64,000 nt of DNA from the NCBI GenBank assembly GCA_963849405.1, contig CAWKHG010000006.1, positions 206,891 to 270,890 on the forward strand, given 5' to 3'. This DNA is from an uncultured Chloroflexia bacterium (lineage in GTDB: Bacteria > Chloroflexota > Limnocylindria > Limnocylindrales > CSP1-4). Below the pieces are notes generated by a model, which searched no databases, was not told the origin of the DNA, and worked only from the letters and a program-made list of their open reading frames with translations. Shown one piece after another: positions 1 to 10,093 of this stretch. The position numbers and the translations under genes were made by a program. The stretch's first letter is position 1; the number at the start of each line of letters is the position of its first letter.

Positions 1-1
1 C

Positions 2-1273
2 TGCAGCTTCTGCGGGAAGAGCCAGGAGCAGGTCCGCAAGCTGATCGCGGGTCAGGGCGTCTACATCTGCGACGAGTGCATCAACCTCTGCCAGGAGATC
101 ATCGAGGAGGAGATGCTCGAGGCGCCGAAGGCCAAGGCGTCGAGCACGAAGCTCCCGAACCCCCGACAGATCAAGTTCTCGCTCGACCAGTACGTCATCA
201 GCCAGGAGCGGGCCAAGAAGGTCCTCTCGGTGGCCGTCTACAACCACTACAAGCGGATCAACGCCGGCCACGCGGTCGACGAGGTCGAGCTCCAGAAGTC
301 GAACGTCCTGCTGGTCGGCCCGACCGGCTCGGGCAAGACGCTGCTCGCCCAGACGCTGGCCCGGGTGATCGACGTGCCGTTCTGCATCGCCGACGCGACG
401 TCGCTCACGGAGGCCGGCTACGTCGGTGAGGACGTCGAGAACATCCTGCTGCGCCTGATCCAGTCGGCCGACTTCGACGTCGCGCGAGCCCAGCGCGGGA
501 TCATCTACATCGACGAGATCGACAAGATCGCCCGCAAGGCCGACAACCCCTCGATCACCCGCGACGTGTCGGGCGAGGGCGTCCAGCAGGCGCTCCTGAA
601 GATCCTCGAGGGCACCGTCGCCAACGTCCCGCCCCAGGGCGGCCGCAAGCACCCCCACCAGGACTTCATCCAGATCGACACGACGAACATGCTGTTCATC
701 TGCGGTGGCGCCTTCGACGGGCTCGAGAAGATCGTCGAGGAGCGGGTCGGCAAGCGGGGCATCGGCTTCGGGTCGGACGGGGCGATCTCCAAGATGGACA
801 AGGCCAAGATCCTCGAGCGGCTGATGCCCGAGGACCTGTTGAAGTTCGGGCTCATCCCGGAGTTCATCGGCCGCCTCCCGGTCATCGTGACCCTCTCGGC
901 GCTCACGTCCGAAGACCTCGTCCGGGTCCTGACGGAGCCGAAGAACGCGGTCACCCGTCAGTTCCAGAAGTTCCTCTCGCTCGACAAGGTGGAGCTCGTC
1001 TTCACCGAGGGCGCGTTGCAGGCCGCGGCCGAGGTCGCCCTCGACCGCAAGACCGGCGCCCGGGCCCTGCGCTCCATCGTGGAGGAGTCGCTCCTCGAAG
1101 TCATGTACGACATCCCGGAGCGCACCGACATCCGCAAGTGCATCATCACCGAGGAGACGATCCGCGGCGGGTCGTCTGCCGCTGCTGCTCACCAAGTCCG
1201 ACGTGGACAGCGGCGTCGACGAGACGAACTACGAGGACTGGCTCGCCGAGCGCGGCGAATTCCGCGTAATTGA
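2..1273 (+). CDS. clpX: ATP-dependent Clp protease ATP-binding subunit ClpX (5' partial; C-terminal tail frameshifted)
   Basis: Reading from nt 2 gives [17 protein letters not shown] (ClpX zinc-ribbon) in frame with ORF 113..1273. Walker A GPTGSGKT and IYIDEIDK are present. After ..TEETIRGG (about nt 1170) sense continues in another frame ([11 protein letters not shown].., ORF 1203..1406), so the true 3' end is unresolved. Confidence 0.95.
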   Translation, partial: CSFCGKSQEQVRKLIAGQGVYICDECINLCQEIIEEEMLEAPKAKASSTKLPNPRQIKFSLDQYVISQERAKKVLSVAVYNHYKRINAGHAVDEVELQKSNVLLVGPTGSGKTLLAQTLARVIDVPFCIADATSLTEAGYVGEDVENILLRLIQSADFDVARAQRGIIYIDEIDKIARKADNPSITRDVSGEGVQQALLKILEGTVANVPPQGGRKHPHQDFIQIDTTNMLFICGGAFDGLEKIVEERVGKRGIGFGSDGAISKMDKAKILERLMPEDLLKFGLIPEFIGRLPVIVTLSALTSEDLVRVLTEPKNAVTRQFQKFLSLDKVELVFTEGALQAAAEVALDRKTGARALRSIVEESLLEVMYDIPERTDIRKCIITEETIRGGSSAAAAHQVRRGQRRRRDELRGLARRARRIPRN

Positions 1274-1683
1274 CCGCGCCAACCCCGCCGTCCGGTTGGG
1301 TCGTCCGGGACGCTCCGCCCCCGTCCCGTCGTCGCGTCCTCATCCGCGTCCTGATCGTCGTCGGCGTGATCGTCCTCGTCGGCGGAGCGGCGATCTTCGC
1401 CGTTAGCCGTTCTTCGTTCGGGGCTGGCCTCGGCGCGGCAGCCGCCATCTACGACCACGGCAAGCCTCAGATCTTCCGGGCGAACTACACGGAGCTCACC
1501 GGCCAGCCACCCACGATGCAGGTCTACCTGGCCATGGGTGTCGATCCATCGCTCGCCCGGGGCATCGGCTGCGGTGTCGTGCGGACCGAGCTGCTCAAGG
1601 CCGGCCTCGCCGACCTGGACTGGGTGGTCTACGCCGCGAGTGGCGAGACGCTCGTGGTCTCGAAGACCGCCGCCTGCCCGTAG
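1270..1683 (+). CDS. hypothetical membrane-anchored protein
   Basis: ORF-track ORF with a TTG start right after a TAA. It has an Arg-rich N-terminus, one hydrophobic helix ([23 protein letters not shown]) and a ~85-aa C-terminal domain. No family recognised. The start is uncertain because the clpX tail frame is unresolved. Confidence 0.4.
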   Translation: MTAPTPPSGWVVRDAPPPSRRRVLIRVLIVVGVIVLVGGAAIFAVSRSSFGAGLGAAAAIYDHGKPQIFRANYTELTGQPPTMQVYLAMGVDPSLARGIGCGVVRTELLKAGLADLDWVVYAASGETLVVSKTAACP

Positions 1684-1749
1684 TCGGACCGGCGTCGCGC
1701 GGGAGGGCTTCGGCGGGGACCTCGTGCTACACTCCCGCCCTCACGGCAG

Positions 1750-2006
1750 CGACCGAGAGGAGTAACGCCGGGTCGGCGACCCAGCGAGCGGGTGACGGTG
1801 CAAGGCCCGCACGCACGACGGCGCGAACGTCACTCGCGAGCCATGCGGCCGGCGCCCGATAGCGCGCCATGAGGGCGTCCGCCCCACCCGACCGGCCCCA
1901 GGCCGCGAGGGGACGGACCCGGGATGACCGGGCCGCCGGCGGACTCCGAACCAGCAGGTGGTACCACGATCCGTTCGTCCGCTGGACGAGCGGGTCGTTC
2001 GTTTTC
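1750..2006 (+). promoter_or_regulatory. T-box leader (tRNA-sensing riboswitch) upstream of valS, candidate Val (GUC) specifier
   Basis: GAGAGGAGTAA (1755..1765) and CCAGCGAGCGGGTGACGGTGCAAGGCCCG (1781..1809) resemble Stem-I conserved elements. GAAC-GUC-A sits at 1826..1832 (GUC 1829..1831 followed by a purine). The T-box core GGTGGTACCACG at 1957..1968 overlaps the 5' arm of a terminator hairpin. Confidence 0.75.
1967..2006 (+). terminator. intrinsic terminator of the T-box leader (attenuator)
   Basis: cgatccgttcgtcc (1967..1980) pairs over 14 bp (two G-U) with ggacgagcgggtcg (1984..1997); the loop is gct. It is followed by ttcgttttc (1998..2006). The 5' arm overlaps the T-box sequence, as expected for antiterminator/terminator competition. 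Confidence 0.7.
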
Positions 2007-2022
2007 GGAGTGGCAAGGCACG

Positions 2023-4746
2023 ATGGATCTGCCGAAGGCATACACGCCGCGGGACGTCGAGGGCGCGATCTACGAGCGCTGGATCGCGGCCGATGTCTTC
2101 GCGCCCGATGGGGCCGGCTCGCGGGCCGATCCGGCGCTGAAGCCGTTCGTCATCATCCAGCCGCCGCCCAACGTCACCGGATCGCTCCACCTCGGCCACG
2201 CCCAGCGGACCGCGGTCGAGGACCTGATGACCCGCCACGCCCGGATGCGGCGGCCGGCCGACGCTGTTCCTGCCCGGGCTCGACCACGCGTCGATCGCGG
2301 CGCAGGTCGTGCTCGACCGGATCCTGGCCGCGGAAGGGGAGTCGCGCCAGAGCCTCGGCCGGGAGCGCTACCTCGAGCGGATGCGCCAGTTCGTGGCCGA
2401 GACGCGGCCCACGATGCTCGGCCAGCAGCGGCGGGTAGGCGCCTCGGCCGACTGGGGCCGGCTCCGGTTCACGATGGACGACGTGTCGGCCAAGGCGGTG
2501 CGCGAGGCCTTCACGCGCCTCTACGGGGACGGGCTGGCCTACCGCTCCGAGGCCCTCATCAACTGGTGTCCGGGCTGCCGGACGAGCGTGTCCGACCTCG
2601 AGGTCATCGCCACCCCCGAGACCGGCACCCTGTGGACGATCCGCTACCACCTCATCGACGAGGCGACCGGCGAGCCGGATCCTGACACGACGATCTCGAT
2701 CGCGACGACTCGCCCGGAGACGCTCCTCGGCGACACGGCCGTGGCGGTCCACCCCGATGACGAGCGCTACCGGGCGCTCGTGGGCCGGCGCGTGCGCATC
2801 CCGTTCGTGGAGCGGGACGTGGCGATCATCGCGGACCCGGCGGTCGAGCGCGGCGTTCGGCACGGGCGCGGTCAAGATCACCCCGGCCCACGACCAGGCC
2901 GACTTCGAGATGGGCAAACGTCACGGCCTCGCCTCGATCGACATCTTCGACGACCTCGCCCGGGTCAACGAGCGCGGCGGGCCGTACGCCGGCCTGGACC
3001 GCTACGACGCGCGCGCCCGCATCGTCGAGGCGCTCGAGGCCGCGGGCGACCTCGTGGGATCGGTGGCGCACGAGATGGTCATCGGGCGCTGCCAGCGCAG
3101 CGACGACGTGATCGAACCGCGGATCAAGACCCAGTGGTTCGTGCGGACGCGACCGCTCGCGGACGCCGCGCTGGCGGCTACCCGAGGCGGCAAGACTCGA
3201 ATCCTGCCAGAGCGGTTCGAGAAGACCTGGGAGAACTGGCTCACCGGCATCCGCGACTGGAACGTGAGCCGCCAGCTGTGGTGGGGCCACCGGATCCCCG
3301 CCTGGTACTGCCCGGACGGGCACGTGACCGTGAGCCCACTCGCGGACGGCCCGGATGCCTGTGACGACCTGCGGCCGGCCGGCGGCCGAGCTCACCCAGG
3401 ACCCGGATATCTTCGACACCTGGTTCAGCTCCGGGCTGTGGCCGTTCTCGACGCTCGGCTGGCCGGACGACACCCCGGATCTGCGCGCGTACTACCCGGG
3501 CTCCGTCCTCGAGACGGCCTACGACATCATCTTCTTCTGGGTCGCCCGGATGATGATGCTGGGCATCCAGCTCACCGGGCAGGCGCCGTTCTCGACGGTC
3601 TACCTGTCGGGCCTCATCCGCGACCCGTACGGCGCGAAGATGAGCAAGACCACCGGCAACGTCGTGGATCCGCTCGAGGTCATCGACGAGACCGGCGCGG
3701 ACGCCCTCCGCTTCGCGCTCATCCACGGCTCGACCCCGGGCAACGACCAGAAGTTCAGCCGCGACAAGCTCGACAACGCCCGCAACTTCGCGAACAAGCT
3801 CTGGAACGCGGCGCGGTTCGTGCTCGGCGCCCGGCCGGCGTCGATCCCGGAGGGGAAGGCGCGGATCGCTCCGAACCCGGCCGCCCTCGGGCCAGCGGAG
3901 CGCTGGCTCCGGTCGCGTGTCGCGGCGACGGTCGCGGCGGTGGACCAGGCCATGACCGACTTCGCGTTCGCGGAGGTGACGCGGCTCCTCTACGAGGCGA
4001 TCTGGAACGAGTACTGCGACTGGGGCCTCGAGCTGGCCAAGGTCCGCCTCGCCGACACCGGCCTGAGCGACGCCGAGCGCGAGGCGACCTGGTGGACCCT
4101 CGTGGAGGCGCTCGACACGTACGTCCGCCTGCTCCATCCGGTGATGCCGTTCGTGACCGAGGCGATCTGGGGCGCGACCCCGCACCGTGCCGACGACCCG
4201 GAGCTGCTCATCGTCGCCGACTGGCCCGTCGCCGGGGATCGAGACGCCGCGGCCGAGGCCCAGGTCGAGGCGATCCTCGAGCTGATCCGGGCCATCCGCA
4301 ACGCCCGGGCCGAGGCGCACGTCGAGCCGGCCGAGTGGCTGCCCGTGGACGTGTACGTGCCCGAGACGCTCGGGCCCGCGCTCGCCGCCCTGGAACCGGC
4401 CGTCGAACGCCTCGCCCGGACCCGTTCCGTGTCGCGCCACCTCACGCGCGAGGCGCTCCACGCGGCGGGCCACGGCACCGGCGCGCTGGCGGTCATCGCG
4501 GGCGAGGCCGAGGCCATCGTGGGCCGGGGTCGCGCCGCGGCGTCGGGTGCGGCCGCGTCCGCCGAGCGGGCACGGCTCGAGAAGGAGCTGGCGAGCGCCC
4601 GGTCGATGCTCGCTGCGGCCCGCGCCCGCCTGGAGAACACCGAGTTCACCTCGAAGGCGCCACCGGCCGTCGTGGAGGGCGCCATCGCGCGGGCGGCCGA
4701 GCTCAGCGACCAGGTCGCCCGCATCGAGGCCCGTCTCGGCGGCTGA
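2023..4746 (+). CDS. valS: valine--tRNA ligase (3 apparent frameshifts in this assembly)
   Basis: Reconstructed from ORFs 1924..2685, 2309..3364, 2757..5027 and 3355..4746. HIGH-type motif SLHLGHA, KMSKS-type AKMSKTTGN, WCPGCRTS and a C-terminal coiled coil are present. Frame breaks lie near 2250, 2850 and 3368. ATG 2023 is preceded by GGAG. Confidence 0.95.
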
Positions 4747-4772
4747 CCCTGCGCGTCAAAGGAGGACGGACG

Positions 4773-6482
4773 ATGTCCACGAACGAGCCACCCGAGGCAC
4801 GCGGGGCCGCCCCGCCCGGCGGGAAGCGCCGGCCCCCGACTGGCGCGACGGCGTCGTCTACCAGATCTACCCGCGCAGCTTTGCCGACCACGATGGCGAC
4901 GGGACCGGCGACCTGGCCGGGATCGTCGACCGGCTCGACTACTTCGGTCCGGGCGGCTTGCCCGTCGATGCGATCTGGCTGTCGCCGATCTACCCGTCGC
5001 CCGGTCGCGACCTCGGCTACGACGTGACCGACCATGCGCGGGTCGACCCGCTCCTGGGTACCGAGGCCGACTTCGACCGGCTCGTCGCGGAAGCCCACGC
5101 CCGCGGGATCCGGGTGGTCCTCGACCTGGTGCTGAACCACACGAGCGACGAGCACGCCTGGTTCCTCGCGTCGAAGGCGTCGCGCGAGGGACCTTACGCC
5201 GACTTCTACCTGTGGCGCGATCCGTCGGGCTGGGACGAGAACCACCAGCCGCTGCCGCCCAACAACTGGGTCTCGTTCTTCGGCGGACCGGGCTGGGAGT
5301 GGGTCCCGGAACGCGGCCAGTTCTACTACCACACGTTCCTCGTCGGCCAGCCCGAGCTGAACTGGCGCAACCCGGCCGTCGAGGCCGCCCAGTGGGCGAT
5401 GGTCCGGGGCTGGCTCGCGCGGGGCGTCGATGGCTTCCGGCTCGACGTGTTCAACGCCCTGTACAAGGACCCCGACCTCCGGTCGAATCCGGTCCTGCCG
5501 GGAGGTGACTCTCCCTTCTGGCGGCTCGAGCACCGCTATGACGTGAACCAGCCGGACCTCATCGACCTGATCACGCGGTTCCGGGCGATCGTCGACGAGG
5601 AGCCGGGGCGGTTGACCGTCGGCGAGATGTTCACGGGCGGCACCGAGCTGGCAGCACGCCTCACGGTCGGTCATCACCTCGTCTTCGAGTGGTCGCTCAT
5701 GGAGTCGCCCTGGACGGCGTCGGCGTACGCGGCCGCGCTCGATCGGCGTGAGGCGGCCTACGGGCCCGACCGCCGGCCGACACTGGCCCTCTCGAACCAC
5801 GATCGCGAGCGCCAGGCGACCCGCCTCCCGGCATCGGTCGGCCGGGATCGGGCCGGCGATCGCGAGGCGATCGCAAAGGCGGCCGCGGTCGTGATCCTGG
5901 CGGCGCGTGGGACGTCGTTCCTCTACTACGGCGAGGAGATCGGGATGCTCGACGTGGACATCCCGCGCGACGAGATCGTCGACCCGCCGGCGCTCATCGC
6001 CGGGCCGGACTTCCCGTGGTACGACCGGTCGCGCTGCCGGACGCCGATGCAGTGGGACGGTGGGCCCGGGGCGGGCTTCACGACGCGGCCGGCCGTGGCT
6101 GCGCCTCGCCCCCGACGCCGCGACCCGCAACGTCGCCGTACAGACCGGCGATCCCGACTCCGTCCTGGCCACGTACCAGCGCCTGCTGGCGTACCGGCGC
6201 GAGTCGCCGCCGCTCCGGCGCGGGTCGATGACGCGGCTCGAGAGCGGCGCCGCGGACGTGCTCGCCTGGACCCGCACGGCCGGCGACGAGTCCCTCCTCG
6301 TCCTCGTCAACTTCGTCGGGCAGGACCGCACCGTGGACCTTGCCGCTGTCGCTCCCGGGCGATGGATGCCGTTGGTGGGGACGCACCGCTCGCTGCCCGA
6401 GACAGGCCCGGATGGCCTGCGCCTGCGGCCCGACGAGGCCGTCATCCTGGCTGCGACGGCCGCCACGACCCACGCTCTCTGA
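4773..6482 (+). CDS. GH13 alpha-glucosidase / oligo-1,6-glucosidase family (2 apparent frameshifts)
   Basis: VVYQIYPRSF, DAIWLSPIY, GIRVVLDLVLNHTS, GVDGFRLDV and LSNHD are GH13 conserved regions. ATG 4773 is preceded by AAGGAGG. Frame breaks lie near 4838 (C5 run) and 6088. The C-terminus comes from ORF 5907..6482. Confidence 0.9.
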
Positions 6483-6551
6483 ACGGCCGCTGCAACACCC
6501 GTGGATGGCGCGCTGAACGCCTCGCTTCTCCGTCTGTGACAGACTCGGGCC

Positions 6552-7628
6552 ATGTCGATCCCCGCGCTGCGCATCGCCCAGGTCGCACCGCCGTTCGAGG
6601 CCGTGCCGCCCGTGGCGTACGGCGGCACCGAACGGATCGTCGGCACGCTCGTCACCGAGCTCGAACGCCGGGGCCATGACGTGACCCTGTTCGCGAGCGG
6701 CGATTCCACCGCGCCGGGGCGCCTCGTACCCGTCGTCCCGAGGGCGCTACGCTCGCTGGGTCTGAACACGGAACCGGCGCCCTACCTCATCGCCACCCAG
6801 CTGGCCGTGCTGAGCCAGGCGTCGTCCTTCGACGTCATCCACGCCCACCTGGAGTTCAGCGGCCTCGTCCTGGCCCGCGCGGTCGCCACGCCGACGGTCG
6901 TCACCTTCCACGGCCGGATCGACCAGCCATGGTCGGCCGGGCTGCTGGCCGCGGCGCCCGACGGCCTCGTCGCGATCAGCGCCGCCCAGGCCTACGCCCA
7001 CCCCGAGGTCCCCTGGTCGATCATCCACAACGGGCTCGCGCTGGAGGCCGCTCCGTTCGAGGAGCGGCGCGGCGACGCGCTCTGCTACGTGGGGCGGTTC
7101 ATGCCCGAGAAGGGGCTCGTCGAGGCGATCGAGATCGCCCGGCTGGCCGGTCGGCCGCTCCGGGTGGCGGCCAAGGAACCGTCGACGCCGGCCGAGAAGG
7201 CCTACTACGACGAGTCGTTCGGCCCGACCGGCCGAAGCGCCGACGTCGAGTACCTGGGCGAGCTCGCCGGCCCCGAGCGCGACCGCCTCCTCGCCGGCAG
7301 CCACGCGACGCTCATGCCCGGCGACTGGCCCGAACCCTTCGGACTGGTGGCCATCGAATTGCTCGCCTGTGGCACGCCGGTCGTGGCGCGGCGAACGGGG
7401 GCGTTGCCCGAGATCGTCCGCGACGGGATCGACGGGATCGTCGCCGACGACGTGGCAGAGCTCTCGCGGCGCCTGCCCGAGATCGACGCGATCGACCGGG
7501 CGGCCATCCGCGCCTCGGTGCTCAGCCGCTTCTCGGCCGAGCGCATGGTCGACGGCTACGAGGCCCTGTACACCCGGCTGGTCGGCCAGCAGGAGCCCGT
7601 CGGGGCGGGCCGCGCTGCGCGGGGCTGA
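6552..7628 (+). CDS. GT4-family (GT-B) glycosyltransferase
   Basis: Intact 358-aa ORF. N-terminal ..VPPVAYGGTERIV and C-terminal EPFGLVAIELLACGTPVVA are typical of glycosyltransferase group 1. Confidence 0.85.
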   Translation: MSIPALRIAQVAPPFEAVPPVAYGGTERIVGTLVTELERRGHDVTLFASGDSTAPGRLVPVVPRALRSLGLNTEPAPYLIATQLAVLSQASSFDVIHAHLEFSGLVLARAVATPTVVTFHGRIDQPWSAGLLAAAPDGLVAISAAQAYAHPEVPWSIIHNGLALEAAPFEERRGDALCYVGRFMPEKGLVEAIEIARLAGRPLRVAAKEPSTPAEKAYYDESFGPTGRSADVEYLGELAGPERDRLLAGSHATLMPGDWPEPFGLVAIELLACGTPVVARRTGALPEIVRDGIDGIVADDVAELSRRLPEIDAIDRAAIRASVLSRFSAERMVDGYEALYTRLVGQQEPVGAGRAARG

Positions 7629-7643
7629 ACCGAGATCTCAGTG

Positions 7644-7704
7644 GCGCCCGTCGGGCGCTCGTGCGCCGGGCCACCCCGGCGCCTTCGCTCGGGAGCCTTG
7701 CCCC
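7644..7704 (+). repeat. dispersed hairpin repeat, copy A
   Basis: Core gtgcgccgggccaccccggcgccttcgctcgggagccttgcccc (7661..7704) recurs at 24574..24616 (reverse) and 51305..51346. It contains an 8-bp hairpin, gcgccggg-ccac-cccggcgc (7663..7682). An extra hairpin, gcgccc-gtc-gggcgc, lies at 7644..7658. The copy sits between convergent gene ends. Confidence 0.85.
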
Positions 7705-7711
7705 GCGGGCG

Positions 7712-9946
7712 CTAGACCCGGATCGTCACCTCGAGATCGCCGTCCTTGCGCAGGACTTCGGCGCTCGTCGTCCCGCGCCAGCGGTGGATGAGCAGGTCCA
7801 CCGACGCGTTGCCCACCCGGAGGTTCGAGACCGTGAGCTTGCCGAGCCAGGTCGGCAGGTGGGGACGGACGAGCTCGAGCGCTCCCTCGTTGGCCCGGGC
7901 GCGCAGGCCCAGCATCGACCGGATGATGAGCATGGGCGCGGCCGCGGCCCAGGCCTGCGGCGAGCACGCGACGGGGTAGGGGACCGGCACGCCGACCGAG
8001 GCGCGGTCGAAGCCGCAGAAGAGCTCGGGCATCCGGAAGTCCGGGAAGTGCTGGGCGACCTCGAAGAGCTGGCCGGCGAGCGCGTTCGCCTCGGCATCGA
8101 ACCCGTAGCCCTTGAGCCCGGCCAGGGTGAGCGCGTTGTCGTGGGGCCAGATGCTGCCGACGTGGTAGCTCAGCGGGTTGTACCCGGGCTGGCCGGCCGC
8201 GTAGGTCCGGATCCCCCAGCCCGAGTGGAGGCCCGGGCCGGTCAGGCAGTTCGCGACCTCCTGGGCGTGCCGCGCATCGACGATCCCGCTCCACAGCGCC
8301 TGCCCCTGGTTCGAGGTCAGCGCGTCGGCCGGCTTCTTGTCGCGGTCGAGGGCCATCGCGTAGGAACCCTGGTCGGGCACCCAGAACGCCTCGTCGAAGC
8401 GCTTCTTCAGGAGCGCCGCGTCGGTCTCGAGCCGGTCGGCCAGGCCGGTCTCGCCGCGCATGCGGGCGAGCCGGGCGAGCCGGCGCTTGGCGTCGAAGAC
8501 GTAGCCCTGGACCTCGGCCAGGGCGATCGGCGGCTCCACGGTGTTGCCGCGTCGATCGCGCACCGCGTCGCTCGAGTCCTTCCAGCCCTGGTTGATGAGG
8601 CCGCGCTTGGATCGCCGCCGGTACTCCACGAACCCGTCGCCATCCAGGTCGCCGGAGCGGTCGATCCACTCGAGCGCGGCCAGGGCGTTCGGCCAGAGGC
8701 GATCGACGAGGGCCAGGTCGCCGGTCCAGTCGAACGTCTCGCCGAGGAGGACGAGCCACAGCGGCGTCGAGTCGACGCTGCCGTAGTACGCGCCGAATGG
8801 CAGCTCGCCGGTCCGGGCCATCTCGCCGGTCCGCAGCTCGTGGGGGATCTTGCCGGGTTCGGCGTCGTGCTCCGGATCGTCGGCCGTGGCCTGGTGGGCG
8901 GCGAGCACCTTGAGCGTCTCGACCGCCAGGCTTGGCCGGACGGCCATGGCCTCGTACGCGGTGATGAGCGCGTCACGCCCGAAGAGGGTGGCGAACCACG
9001 GGACGCCGGCCGCGACGTAGCGCTCGCCCGCATCCGGACCGTCGTTCATGAGCAGCTGCAGGTCGGTCAGGCCGCGGGCCACGAGGCGGTCGAACAACTG
9101 GTTGTCCGACTGGATGAGCGTCGAACCCTTCGTCCAGGCAGCGTAGGCCGCCACTCCGTCCGACTCGCTCATCGCCGGCGGTTCGGGGAACGTATCGACC
9201 GCGGGCGGCACGGCGCCGGTCGCCTTGGCGTCGGTGCCCCAGACGGTCCATTCGACCTCGGTCTGGGTGCCCGGCGCCACCTCGCGGCGCCAGCGGACGA
9301 GGACCGACCCGCCTTCGACGCCGTCGCTCGCCGGCTCCACCTCGGCCGTGGGGAACGAGACGAACGTCCGGCGCAGGAACCCGTCCAGCCCCTGGTACCC
9401 GAAGGCGACGTGCCGCTCGTCGATCGCGACGGGCCCGTACTGGCCGCGCTGGGGCCGGTGATAGCCGCGCACCTCGAAGATGTCCGCCGCGTCGACCCCC
9501 AGCGTCAGCTCGATCGACAGGTTCACCGCGTGCTCGGTGAAGTTGGCGATGATCAGCCGCTCCGCGAGCCCGGCGCCGACGAGCCGATGGCGGGTCATTG
9601 CCAGCGTCTGGCGGGCGAGCGCCCGACCGGCCCGGATCTTGTCGGCCGGGTCGCGGCGCTCCTCGGGGTTGGTCAGCTGGATCGTGCCCCGGAAGCCCTC
9701 GCCCGAATCGCCTCGCAGCACGGTCGGCCGGAAGCCGTCGATGCGCAGGACCGAGCACGACAGGATCCGTGTCTCGCCCGAATACAACCCCAGGCCGCGC
9801 GAGTCGGGATGGATGTCCCCGAACGGATCGGTGATGAGATAGAGGTTGCCCTGCTTGAGGACGTCGACCCCGCCCAGGTCTGTCGCCCGGGCGATCGAAG
9901 GTTCGGACGGCTGGAACGTCCGGATCGCCGGCTGCGCGCTCGACAT
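7712..9946 (-). CDS. amylo-alpha-1,6-glucosidase / glycogen-debranching-type enzyme (GDE N-terminal + GDE_C-like)
   Basis: Intact 744-aa ORF. N-terminal ..VLKQGNLYLITDPFGDI..GLYSGETRILS and a C-terminal (alpha/alpha)6-type region (..GYNPLSYHVGSIWPHDNAL..) are typical of the bacterial amylo-alpha-1,6-glucosidase family. Confidence 0.85.
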   Translation of the reverse strand: MSSAQPAIRTFQPSEPSIARATDLGGVDVLKQGNLYLITDPFGDIHPDSRGLGLYSGETRILSCSVLRIDGFRPTVLRGDSGEGFRGTIQLTNPEERRDPADKIRAGRALARQTLAMTRHRLVGAGLAERLIIANFTEHAVNLSIELTLGVDAADIFEVRGYHRPQRGQYGPVAIDERHVAFGYQGLDGFLRRTFVSFPTAEVEPASDGVEGGSVLVRWRREVAPGTQTEVEWTVWGTDAKATGAVPPAVDTFPEPPAMSESDGVAAYAAWTKGSTLIQSDNQLFDRLVARGLTDLQLLMNDGPDAGERYVAAGVPWFATLFGRDALITAYEAMAVRPSLAVETLKVLAAHQATADDPEHDAEPGKIPHELRTGEMARTGELPFGAYYGSVDSTPLWLVLLGETFDWTGDLALVDRLWPNALAALEWIDRSGDLDGDGFVEYRRRSKRGLINQGWKDSSDAVRDRRGNTVEPPIALAEVQGYVFDAKRRLARLARMRGETGLADRLETDAALLKKRFDEAFWVPDQGSYAMALDRDKKPADALTSNQGQALWSGIVDARHAQEVANCLTGPGLHSGWGIRTYAAGQPGYNPLSYHVGSIWPHDNALTLAGLKGYGFDAEANALAGQLFEVAQHFPDFRMPELFCGFDRASVGVPVPYPVACSPQAWAAAAPMLIIRSMLGLRARANEGALELVRPHLPTWLGKLTVSNLRVGNASVDLLIHRWRGTTSAEVLRKDGDLEVTIRV

Positions 9947-9952
9947 GGCCCC

Positions 9953-9958
9953 AGTCTA
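9953..9958 (-). promoter_or_regulatory. -10-like box TAGACT, 6 nt upstream of the ATG at 9946 (leaderless-type promoter)
   Basis: The minus strand reads ..cgaTAGACTggggccATG. The same TAGACT-N6-ATG geometry occurs at rarA (34594..34599). Confidence 0.4.
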
Positions 9959-10093
9959 TCGAGGGCGGCCCGGCCTTCGCCGGGGGACGGCGCGGGTGGA
10001 CCTCGATCCGGGCTCCGTCGGCCGGGGCGACCCGCGCTGCGGCACGCTGGTACGATGCGTGGAGACCAACGAGCCACGGAACGGGGAACTGGC

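Noticed and set aside
2023-4746. Programmed ribosomal frameshifting or true pseudogenisation as the explanation for split valS, serA, pgi and others
   Set aside because: I saw no slippery heptamers or stimulatory structures at the break points. The breaks are scattered through essential genes, and some occur as compensating pairs. Conserved motifs are intact in every fragment. Assembly indels are the simpler explanation, and I report them as a finding to be verified.
7644-7704. CRISPR array or MITE interpretation of the three-copy repeat
   Set aside because: The copies are 17-27 kb apart, not arrayed with spacers. No cas genes occur in the window. I saw no terminal inverted repeats or target-site duplications flanking the copies.
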